DNA of 64,000 nucleotides from Pelagomonas calceolata (taxonomy: Eukaryota): the NCBI GenBank assembly GCA_918797485.1, contig CAKKNE010000003.1, positions 2,108,001 to 2,172,000 of the forward strand. Reading direction: 5' to 3'. Below are positions 41,601 through 53,600 of the stretch, one piece after another. Every line of letters starts with the position of its first letter. The stretch's first letter is position 1. The translations under genes and the position numbers were made by a program. Under the pieces are notes generated by a model that was not told the origin of the DNA, searched no databases, and worked only from the letters and a program-made list of their open reading frames with translations.

Positions 41601-44600
41601 TTACCCTCGTCGTCGAGTTCGGGCTCTGGTTTATCAGTAACCAAGTCGATGCCGCGATAAAACACTTTCGTGTAGGCCGCCAGACTATACACGTAGTACG
41701 AGTGGATCTTCGCGAGATCCGACATGAGGAAGAAGAGCATCGAACTTCTATCAGCGACGGACTTGTACTTCCGCGACGTGATCTCGATCGAGGCCTGCGT
41801 CTCCTTGGCCACGGCCGACTTCTTAGTGATGTCCGTGCCTGCGTGGAAATAAGTTCAAGTTGTGCTTCAATTCGTGGTCTCTCGTGGTCTGAGAGAGGTT
41901 CTGCTCGCTCCAGTCGGTCGAGGGTATCCCTCGGGGATCGTGTCCGAGTTTGGGCCTCTCAGATGACCGCGGCGCCGAGATAGCGACGCGACCGCTCTCA
42001 CTCAGCGAGAAGTGGGAAACGCGTCGCGTCGATGGCGTGGAGGGCTCGACGGCACCCCCAGACGCCGTCGACGCAACACCTGACTCACTGGTTGATTTCC
42101 ACACGGGCCCGTGCTGATCCGCTTCGTCTCCTCGAGCCCTTCAATTAATTCAACATCTTCCGTGATGTCGCCCTCGGCGTTGGCCAACCGATCGAGAATC
42201 TCGTCCTCGAGCTCGCCCTGTGTGGCACATATACAATCGCGAAACTACTCTCACGCGACGCGTGGACGCTCGTGTGATCTTGACGACGCCATCGACGCGA
42301 AATGGCATCGCGACGACGCCATCGCCGCGACCACGTCACCTTGAAGTTCAATGAAGACGCTGAGTCAGCACCATCTTGATCTTGAAGCCCGTTTGCTGTT
42401 TTACTAAAACTTCAGACATCTCCGAGAGGTCCGCGCGCTCCTTCCCGAGCACCAAGACGTTCAGCTGGTCACTTAGTCCAGCCTGAGTCACGGTAAAATT
42501 AATCAGAGTGGTCTCGGCCTGGATCTCCGGCGGGTAGTGCGGGTTGCTTAATTTGGTATGTAAGTAGAGTCGGAAGTCGGGGTGGAATTCTACTTCTGAA
42601 TCTCCTACTTTGACGTAGAGCGTTCTCCCTCGTTTGATCGTCGCTCGCTGGATTACGGGAGCTAATACAGCATCTAAACTCTCCCCGAGATTCTCGATGA
42701 TGATCGTGTGTCCCGACTCCAGGGCTCGTTCGAGCTTCCGCATCATATCTTTTTGCCCGAGTCGGACGATCTGGCAGTTTCGCGACGCGTGGCCCTCTTT
42801 ATGTCTTAACCAGGAGATGCCCTGGAGTTGCGGGTCAATAATCAGAGGCCACCGCGCCGTGTTCGAGACGATGGACCCGTTCTCCGTACTGACAGGGTCC
42901 GCCGGCAGCGTGTCCTGGTTCCACGACGCGATCTCCTGCGCCGTCGCGAGCACGGAAATGGGATTCAGTACGCGAGACATGGGCGGCGCGACGTAGCCCT
43001 CGGGCTCTTCGATGCCTGTGTTTGATGGATACCGTCACGAAACGCTCTCATGCGGCCGCGTCGACGGCGTCACGTCAAGTTCAAGGTCATTTCTCACGCC
43101 GAGTCGGCACCTTCCGCGAGGCCCCCAAAGGCCTTCCACTGCGCCTCGAAGAAGCCCCTCATCAACGAGTCGCGGAAACTCTTCGTGAACGGCCCCGCGT
43201 AGCTGATGAAGGCCGACGCTAGTAACACGTCGCCCGTTAATAAGTTCCGGTCGATCTCCATCTGCGCGACGGACTCCTTCCAGCGCTCGTTCTCGGAAGC
43301 TAGAGCGCTCGTAAGGCGCTGCGCGAGGTCCAACTTCTGCATGCCCTTGGCCACGGCGGCCTCGGCCTGTGATACGTATCGAAATTCACTCAAACTCGAC
43401 GAAGAAACCACGCTCGTGGACGTGAGATGGCCACGAGTCGTTTCAGTGAAGTGAAAACATCGTAGGACGCCGCGAGCGCACCTGGGCCTTGTCGGCCATG
43501 GCCTCGTTGAGCTCCTTCGTTAAAACGGCTAATTTCTCCGTCAAATCTTTTACTAGAGCGTTTACTTCGGCGAGCTTCGTGTTCGCCGCCTCCAACTGCG
43601 CATTCGCCTCGGCTAAAGCTTTCCGTTTCGGCTCGACGGTCACGACGATATCGTAGTAGATCACGATGTTCAAAATAAAACCCGTCACGCCCGCCGCGGC
43701 GCTGTTCTTTCCTTTAATTGTTTCCACATTAAAATGTTCTAACGCAATTAACGGTCGGACCTCCTTCATCTGGACGGATAAGTCCGCGGACTCGTCGACC
43801 TTCACTTTAATCTCCTTCAGATATTCGATGTATTCTTTAATGTTGCCGAGGCACTGTTTTTTGGCCGCGTCCCAGGACCGATCTTTCACTTTCAGTTTCT
43901 TGTGTTGAATATTCGGGTATATTCCTGCTAGTAAAACCATGCTCGCGGCAAACACATCATCGACGCCCCCGGGCGGCTTGATCATGCCCTTGCACTCCGT
44001 GAGGGATTTCGGGTCGAGCGAGTCCAACGCGGCCATGGCCGCCTCGACGGCGGGCTCGGCTTTGGCCAAGTCTTCGGCCGTCGACCGCTGCTTTTCCCCG
44101 ACGTCCTTCTGGATCACGGCCACCAAAGCAGCTTCTTTCTCGGCCTTGGCCGTCTCGCCCTCGACGAAGGCCTTCTCTTTCCCGACGACCTGCGCGGGAG
44201 CATTGCGGTTGTGCGGCGGCGTGCGACGGTCGACGCGCGTCGTGGCCATCTCACGATGACGTGGGTGGTTTCTTTCGTGATTTCGAGTGCATTCGGACGC
44301 GATTCGGGGCCGTCTCGCGACGCGGTCCGAAGCGGCTCAAAATCTCTCAAAAAAACACCCAGCGCATTCTCTGATCAAGACGAGTCGCGTCGATGGCGTC
44401 AAGGCACCTCTACACTTCAAAACGCCGAGATGAACCTCCGCGATGCCCTCGGCCTTCGTCTTCTTGACCTCGGCGTCTTCCAAAGTGATCTTGAGCCCAG
44501 CTTCGATCTCCGCCACCGCATCTGCGGTTTCTTGCATCTTCTGGAGACCAGCTTTTAACCGCCCAATACTATAATCGGAGGTGTCTCTCTTGTGCTCCAA

Positions 44601-47600
44601 TAAAACTTGATACAGCTTCAGCATTTCTAAGAAACTTTTAGGTGTACTGTACACATGTCTCCTCTCTTCTTTTTGAAATCGTTTGGCCAATTCATTGGTC
44701 TCAATAAATGAATAAGGCATGAACTTTTCCACAGCTGTCCTTTGTAAGGGTGTGCCCAAATCCATTTCTCCTAAGAAGCGCTGTCCTACCGACAAGAGAG
44801 CGTCCTCCGGCCAGGGCTGGAACCAGTCGATTACTGTGCTATTCACGAGCGCGGGAAACTTCCTGCTTCTATTGCGGAAGTCGTCTCCCACGGGACTGAA
44901 GCATAAAACAACATGTAAGTTCTTCCGGATCTCCCCGATGTAAAAATCCCAGCAGTTTCCCCTCGTCGGTTCCATTCCACTGGCTTTACAGCGGTTGCCC
45001 ACGGCGCCGCAGATGCCGTCGACCTCATCGACCGCGAAGAGGTCCGGGATATTTCCTGATGCTAGTAGGTCGTTGATGTAGATCAGGAAGCGCTCGTTCG
45101 TGATCTGGGAATCCGTCAATAAAAACATGACGCCCTCCTCCTTGAGCCCGGCCTGCGCGGAGCATTTCACGTCATCGTGCGATGGACACGAGTCGAAGGC
45201 ACCACTTCAAAACGCGGCGAGCGCGCCTTCGTGTACATGACCTTCAGGTCCTCCTTCAGGTCGGAGATCGAGTAGGTCGACGAGATGACGATCTGGATGA
45301 CGACGTAGTGGCAGATGAAGGCCGCGAGTCGACTGAGACTTTGTTTGCCACTGCCACCGACGCCGACGAGCAGCGCGTGGCCGCCCTCGTTCAGCACGAT
45401 CCTCGAAATGCGCGCCTGCGTGGGAACGGCGTCGAGGCATCGCGTTCAAGTTCAAGTTCAACTTCAACACTGAGTCGGCACGATGTGCTTCATCGCATCT
45501 TCAAATAACACAAGATCCATGACCGCGTTCGACTCGTTGTACTGCTCCAGCGCGTTTTCCAGCACGGCGAGCATCTTGTCGACGCCTTGCACCTGCGCGG
45601 ACCGACGCTCACGAAACTGCCTCTGGTCATTCATGAGACGCGTAGACTCTCTCACAGCCACATCGACGGCGTCGCGGTGGCGTGACGTCGCGTTGACGCC
45701 ATCGAGGCGACTGCGCTCTCTGACACGCCGAACGGCCCCGACGTCTTCCAGAGACTCAAATTTGGACCAGAGACCAGCCACGACCTCCTCTCCCGGAGAC
45801 GACACATGGTGTGAAGGCACCACGGCGGGACGCCGAGTCACGGACCTGGTCGTACGTGTGCTCCTCGATGTCCTCGCAGAAGTGGCAGAAGACCAAGGGG
45901 TCCGCGTTCTCCTTGGCGTAGAACTTGTCGACGGGGAACTGGCTGAAGATCTTGCGAGCTTGACCTTGCGCCAGGTCGTTGTACTTCTTCAAATCTTCCG
46001 GAGACACTAATCGATCCCCGTAGACCCGTTCCGACTCGTGGAGCCACATGTGCGCGAGCTTCTCGCCCGTGTTGATCTGCTCGGGCCGGCCCATCAACAG
46101 ACCTTGGAAGACCGTCGCGAGGTGCCTGCGTGGGAACGACGCCGTCACGAGGCGTGTAGACTCTCGTGCGGTCGCATCGACGCCATCGTCTCCACCAGAT
46201 CAAGTTCAAGGTCAACTTCAACACTGAGTCACGGACCGGATGTTGAACTCGTAGTGGAAGTTCGCGGCCGTCTTCCGGAACTTCTGCATGACCTCTCCAT
46301 GTAAGTTCATGGCTCCTTTTATGACGGAATCTTTGAGCGCTAAGACTTCGTCGGCGAAACCTCTGGACAGGTGCCCATTTAAGAAGGTATCGTAGATGAC
46401 ATTTAACGAGGCTCGTTGCGGCATCCCGATGGCAAAGGTCACGAACCACCGCTGCAACCGCGGGTTGATGAAGAAGGAGCCCGCGCCCGGGTTCATGCAG
46501 GCCACGACCTGCGTCTTGCTGATGGACTTGACCTGCGCGGGACCGACGCGTGGGCGCCCTGGTGATCATGAAGACGGCGTCGAGGCGGTGCCGTCTCATG
46601 AAGACGCCATCGCCGCGACCGCGTCGACGGCGTGGCGCGCGATCGCTCTCTCTCCGACACGCCGCGACGATGGCCCCGACGCGGCCCGAAACGGCCCAAA
46701 TTTGGACCAGAGACCACCCATCGCCTTCTCTGATGAAGACGACGCGCGTCGATGGCGTAAGGTTCACTTTCCACGCCGCGTCGGCACCGGGTTCTGCGCT
46801 AATTTGGTCATATCATATATGTGGCCGTACTCCATCTGCTGCCTCAATAAAGCGATGGCCGACTGCGTCATGTACTTGTCCACTTCTGGTAGGTTTAGAT
46901 CGTCCACAAAGTACACTAAGTGCGCAATCCCAGGGGGTCCAAAATTCGTGCCCGTTTTTTTTTCTAGTGGGAGACACATCGTGTTCCCAAGAACCGCAGA
47001 GGTAGTGTAGAAGTTGAAGTTGATGGTGGCAGACAGAAAGGCAGAGGGGTCCATGGCCTTGAGGATCCCGTTCACTTGCTGCGTCTTCCCGGTGCCGGAC
47101 GGGCCCGCGAGCATGACCGGTCGGTGTTTCTTCACTAGATCCGTCATCCAGAAGGCGACGGAGCACGTTTCCGACGTCGGCACGGTAATCGCGGACATGT
47201 TCATCGTCGCGGGGTCGTAGTCGATGCTGAAAAAATAAGGAGACTTGGCCTGCGCGACGCGTGGACTCTCGTGGGATCACGCCAACTTCAATACCAAGTC
47301 AAGTTCAAGTTGACTTTTGACGCCGAGTCGGCACCCACGGCTCGAAGTCGTTCGTCTTCGGATCTAAGTAGTAGTCGAAGACCGTCGACGCACTCCCCTT
47401 CTTCGGGAACTTGACGTTCTTCCACTGCGACGTCCAGTAGTCGGACATCATCGCCCGGAAGTCGACGCCGTCGTCGCTCATGCCGAGCGGTCCACCTGTG
47501 TGGGAACGACACCGTCGCGAAACGACCGCGCACAGACTCTCGTGCGGCCGCATCGATGGCGTCGCGGTGGCGTGACGTCGCGTTGACGCCATCGCCGCAA

Positions 47601-50600
47601 GTTCAAGTTCATTTTCTGCGCTGAGTCAGCACCGAGGGCCCAGACCGCGCAGTAATTAAAAACTACTTCGAGATTTTCTCGCGTGTCCGTATTGCGAGGT
47701 GTTAAGAGCAATTCGAGCATGTACAACATCGACTGGACAATATTCATGTCCTCGAGCGGCAAAACCTGTTTTACGTTCAGCAACAGCCACAACAGCGAAT
47801 CGGCGAGGTACTCGTCGAACAGCTCCTGGAGCCAGACTTTAACTTCGTCCGACTCGGTACGTTGCTTGACGAAGGACTTGATTAAGCTTCGCCACTGCGT
47901 GCCTTGGTTCGTAGAAATATAAAGAATACCAGCTCTCGAGACCGTGGCCGGAGTCGCATGTTTCAGGTCCCGGATCTCGAAGACCATGCGCATGTGGGGC
48001 TTGAGCGGGATGCGCTCGTTCGACGCGAGCGTGAGCATCCGATTGTCGTCCATGACGCTGTTCATGGACTCGATCCAGTTCGCGTCGAGGTCGCCTGTGG
48101 TTGATGGATACCGTCACGACACGGCCGCGGCTCTCTCGCAAGACGCGGCATCGCGTTGACGCCGTCGCCGCGAAGTTGAAGTTGAGAAATTCAAGGAAAA
48201 TGACGCCGAGTCAGCACCGTCGAGCATGATCCACTTCGGGAGCTCGTCGGGGATCGCGCCGATGTTCCGCATGACCGTCGACAGCAAGCCGTCCTTCCAT
48301 TCCCGCGTCGCCATGCTGATGTACCCATACAACTCCTGCGTCTCGACGGCCTTCGGATTCACGTCCCAGATGCCCGTCTTGAGCTCCGGGCCCATCAGCT
48401 CGCGCGCCTTCGCCAAAATCCGCCAGCACTCGCTTTTACCGGCCGCCGCCGGCCCCATGAGGAAGACGCAGTGCCTTATATCGAGCAGTTCCTTCATTTG
48501 GACACATTTTAAACAAAACGCGTCGTCCGGATCGAGGTTGAGCTCTTCGCAGGCTCTTACGACATTAGCTTCCAAAGTTTCATCCCTAGCTCTAGGGGGA
48601 TTGAGGCCCGGAAACAGGTCCCCCAACAGCCCAAAAAACACGACCTCGTCCTCCTTGACGATCTTGGGGATGTTCGAATCACGTAAAGCTCGGAGCAACA
48701 CGGAGCCTTCCGGGAGGTCGGGATCGGCCCGTTTCATCGCCCCGGCAATCACTAAAACACTTTTCACTGCTCTTAACCCCCAGTCGTAGTGGAGTTGCTT
48801 GCTGAGGAGTTCCTTGAGTAGGGAGTAGAGACCGTAGAATTTGGAAGCGAGAGACTTGGCCTCGACGAAGCCCTGCGCCATGAGCATGTTCTCGCAAATG
48901 AGAACGAGGTCGGGCACCATGACCGTCATGGGCCGGAACAAGGCCTTGAGGCCCTCCGGCAAGGCGCTCCGCCCTAAGTAGCCGGGGTTCATCGTGATGT
49001 ACGCGCCGCACGTCGAGTCTAGGCTTACTTCGTCGCCTTCTACTACGACACGACTGGCACCTGCTTTAATGGCGTCACACACGGCCTTGAACTGCACCGT
49101 GCACACGGACAGCACTTCGGGGATCAGCCGGTTGAACTCGTCGAAGCAGCCCCACGCGCCACTGCTCCCAAGACCCTTGAAAATGTTCCCGAGGCCCTTG
49201 TAGTCCATTTCGGGACTGCAGTTGAAGACGTAGACCACCTTCGCTAGGGCACTGCCGAGATCCTTCGTAGATTCGGTCTTGCCGGTCCCGGCCGGACCCG
49301 CGGGAGCACAGCCCATCATGAGCGTGAGCGACTGCGTCGCCGTCACATAAATGCGATCTGTGAGAGGTGTAATAACAAGTCTAGGACCGTTGCCCAGGTA
49401 CTCATAATCATAAGGCATGATCGCGTCGCAAATCGCGATCTCCGCCCTTTTACCGCCGAGACCCGTCTCCGGGTTGCCCGGAGGGTCCCGTAAGTGCGGA
49501 TCTCTGGTCGGGAAGCACATCATGCCCGCCGTCGACGGCGTCTCGCGGTACTTGTGCTTGAGTTGCGACCTGTGTCGAACGACCGCGTCGTGAAACCGTC
49601 TCCGTGCACTCGCGCGACGCGCAGACTCTCGGATGATCATGAAGAGGGCATCGAGGCGGTGCGGCACCGCGACGACGCCATCGACGCGAAGTTCAAGTTG
49701 AGAAATTGAAGGAAATCACGCTGAGTCAGCACTGCCACTGGAACTCCGTCGCGTCGCTCACCTTCTCGCGGATGAGCTTTTGCACGATGTCGCGGCCGTG
49801 GGAATCCATGGTGATGCAGACCATGATGCGCGTCCTATTTTCTCCATCTAAATCCCCTCCAGTTAATCGAACGAGATCCGACAGGTCGTCGATCTGCAGC
49901 TGGTTGTACTCGACCATACCTGTGTTTGATGGACACCGTCACGACACGGCCGCGGCTCCCTCATGCGACGCGCAGACGCTCTGACAGCCTCGTCGACGGC
50001 GTCACGGTGTCGGAACGTCACATTGGCGCCGTCGACGCGAAGTTGAAGTTGAGAAATTCAGAGAAAATGACGCTGAGTCAGCACCGTTGGCATTCCCCTC
50101 CTGCATCTTTGTGAAGGCGTCTTCCACGCCTTGCACGTAGTTGATCGCCAGCGTCAATAAGATAATTTGGGCCGGGTCCGCCGGCCGCCCGCCCTCCTTG
50201 AACATGACCCACTGCTTGCGCTCCATCTGGGCGTAGCGCACGACCGACCTGCGCGGAGCATCGCGGTCTCGGTCTCCGTGCACTCACGCGACGCGTAGAC
50301 TCTCGTACGGCATCGCGTCGACGCCGTCGCGGCGACCGCGTCAACCTCACGCCATCGCCGCGACCGAGCTCTCTGACACGCCGCGACGGCCCCGACGTGG
50401 TCCGAAACAGCTCAAAATCTCTCAAAAAACTACCCACGACCTCGTCTGATGGACACGAGTCGCCTCGATGGCGTGAAGGCGCCGCAGCACCTCAAAACGC
50501 GGAGATCGCACCGCTTCAAATTCTCGTACAATGTAATTTTCATGGCGTCCAAGACGGTCTGCATGTAGATTTCCACTTTCCCCTCCAACGGGACGGCCGG

Positions 50601-53600
50601 CTCGAAGGGCACGTACTCCTTGCCCACGCCGGCGACGAAGCCGACGGCGATGGGGCGGTTCGACGCGGTTCTCTCATCCTCACTCAGTGTCAAGACTTTT
50701 GTGGAGAGGTAGATCTTCGACGTGTGGACCATGACCTTCTCCGGCACCGAACCGTTCGAGAGGATATCCAGCAAGTCCGCTTCGGACGTGAAGTAGTACC
50801 TCGGGAACTGCCGTCGTCTCCCGTCGAGGAAGTCCGCGAGTGATTTCTTGCACAAGTCGAGACCGGCTAATTCACCCTCGAGCCGCTCCAACATGCCGTC
50901 GACGTTGCAGGCCTGCGCGGAGCATTTCCGTCAAATCGGTCCGAACGGCCCCAAAATCCAAAAAGAAACCACTCTCATGGAAGTGAGATGGCCACGAGTC
51001 GTATTGAAGAAGTGAAGGCGCCGCAACACTTCAAAACGCCGAGATCGCGCCTCTTTTATGTTCCTAGTGTCCCACGACGTCGTGAGAATATCTTTTATTT
51101 CAACATCAATTCCCGCGAAGCGCTCCGCGTCGACCGGGAGCTCCCGCTTCACCTCGTCACTATGAATGAACAACGGCTCGAGGTAGGACCAGGTCCTCTG
51201 AATTTCATTGATCGTCGTGAAGACGTCGGCGACCTGCGTCGAACGACGCCGTCACGGAACTGTCTCTGTACATTCGCGAGACGTGGAGACGCTCTGACGG
51301 TCTCAATGAAGACGTCGAGGCGACGCGGAACGCCATCTTCACAACGACGTCAAGTTCAAGTTCATTTTTCACGCCGAGTCACTGACGTTGAGCAGAGCCA
51401 CGGACCACATGGACACCTCCTTCTCGAATTGAGCTATATAACGACTAGCCATCATGCCCTGGACCGTGAGCTGGTCGTTCTCGAGGGCTTCGTAGTCCTC
51501 CTCGCCGAACTTGAGGAGGGGTACGTCCGTGCCCTTGTAGAAGTCGCACAAGAACTCGATCTTGACCCAGCGCTCGTTGAGCGCGCCGAGGTTGACCTGC
51601 GCGGCGCGTCGCGGTCGCTCGACGCGGTCCGAAACAGCTCAAAACAGCTCAAACTCGAACAAAAAAGCACCCAGCGCCTTCTCTGATGGACACGACGCGC
51701 GCCGACGGCGTGAAGGGACGCGGCGCGCGCGCCTCGATCTTCTCCTCCTTCGTCGCCTGGTCGCAGATCTCCTCGACGTCGGTGTTGAACTCGTGCAAAT
51801 TCAGCGATAGGAGTCCGCCCAGTTGTAAATCTTCGTCTTCATGCGGCGGCACGAACTCCTTGCCCGTCGCCTTTCTTAACAATTCCCAGTGCCGCGGCCG
51901 CATCGACGGGCTCCGCAATGCTGCTATCAGTGGTATGGTATTGATAAAATTCTTGATGTTCTTGCTGACGTCGACGTAGAGGCCCGTCTTCTTGACCGTC
52001 TTCTTCAAACCAGACAGCTTCTTGAGCTGGGCCTTGCTGCCGTCCTCGATGTCCTCGATGACCAATTCGCGCCAGAGCATGGCTTGACTCGTCCCGATGA
52101 AGCCCGCCACGTCTTCCGCCACGGCCCAGGCGTCCCTTTGATCGTCTATTAATTGAATCATCGTCTCCAAGACACCTCTCGCAACGTCGATCTTCTCGGG
52201 GAACTCGAAGACCGCGCACAGGTTCGCGTTGTGCTCCAGAACTTTCAGTTCCTTCTCGAAGTCCTTCGCGTACGTGTCCAAGAGCTTGAACGCGTCCTCG
52301 CTCCCGCATTCGAGGAGGAAGCACTTGTCGGCCCGGAAATCAGTATCCATTTGTTGTATAGACTCCTCGTAGGCGCACATGGCCGCCATGGTCTTCTCCG
52401 CAAAATGAATGGTCGTCGGCGTTATCGCCTTCACCTTCGGCTCTACACTTTCCAGCACCTCCGTCCAGTCGGCGAGCGCCTTGCCGAGCTGGTCGAAGAG
52501 CCTGTCTACTGGTAGTTGTCTAGCTTTTAAGTAATGTAAGCAAGCTCTGGTGCTATCCATGCAGAGGGCGTACTCGTCGGCGACGCGCGCGATGTCTCTC
52601 AAATGCTCCTTGCCCTCGATGAGCGGACCCTGTGTGGCACGGACAGTGATCATGACGACGTCTTCATGAAGACCACGTCACGTTGAAGTTCAATGACGAC
52701 GCCGAGTCCGCGCCATGTCGTCGTAGTTCTGCGGGTCCAATTTGGCCAATCCTCGCTTCTTTTTCCCGGCAAAATCTCGGATACCCTTGATCTTCGCCAC
52801 GATATCCGCAATCAGTAAAGGCCCGTCGAAGGAGTTGATCTCGTTCAACGCGCGCTGGTCGGGGTCCGCGCCCTCGAGGTACGAAAAGTCCTTCGGATGG
52901 TCAGCTACATATTGGTAGGCCTCCTGGGCGACAAAAGTAAATGGAGAACCGCGAATGGGGCCACTAGGACCGTCAAACGTCCCGTTGAACTCGATGTGCA
53001 CTTTATACTCTCCGGCGACACTAGGTTCGAATTCCGCGAGGTACGTCCCGTCGCCCTCGTCGCTCAACATGACGAGCACCTTCAGCTCCTCCTCGGCGGT
53101 CACTTGGTCTTGGATGGCGTACAACTCGTTGTAGCCCTCCGCGGACTTGGATTGCTCTAGTATGGCCGCTTCATCTAACTCGCGAGCCGCCTCGTCGGGC
53201 GGCGGCGGCTCGATTCTTATGGAGAACTCGTCCATGCCGCACGTACGATTCGAACCCGTAAAATCCTTGGCCTGGATGCATATTTGACATTCTGTTCCTG
53301 CTAGTACCCCATTCACTAGTCCAGGACCGAAGGCTAGACATTGATTGGCATCTGTTACGGAGAAATACGACGCACTGACCTTACTATTGGTAAGTGGTTT
53401 GCTACCGATGGCGACGCGGATCTCGACGTCCAACGGCCCGTACGCCTCGTAGTTCGGGGTCTCCACTAGGAGAGTAGCGTCGTCGACCACGGAGCCATTG
53501 CTACCCTCTTCATAGCCCTTCACACACGCAAATCTAACGGTCACGTCGCCCCGCACCGACGTGAAGCCCATGCCCTTGATTTCACACAAAGTGTTTCCCG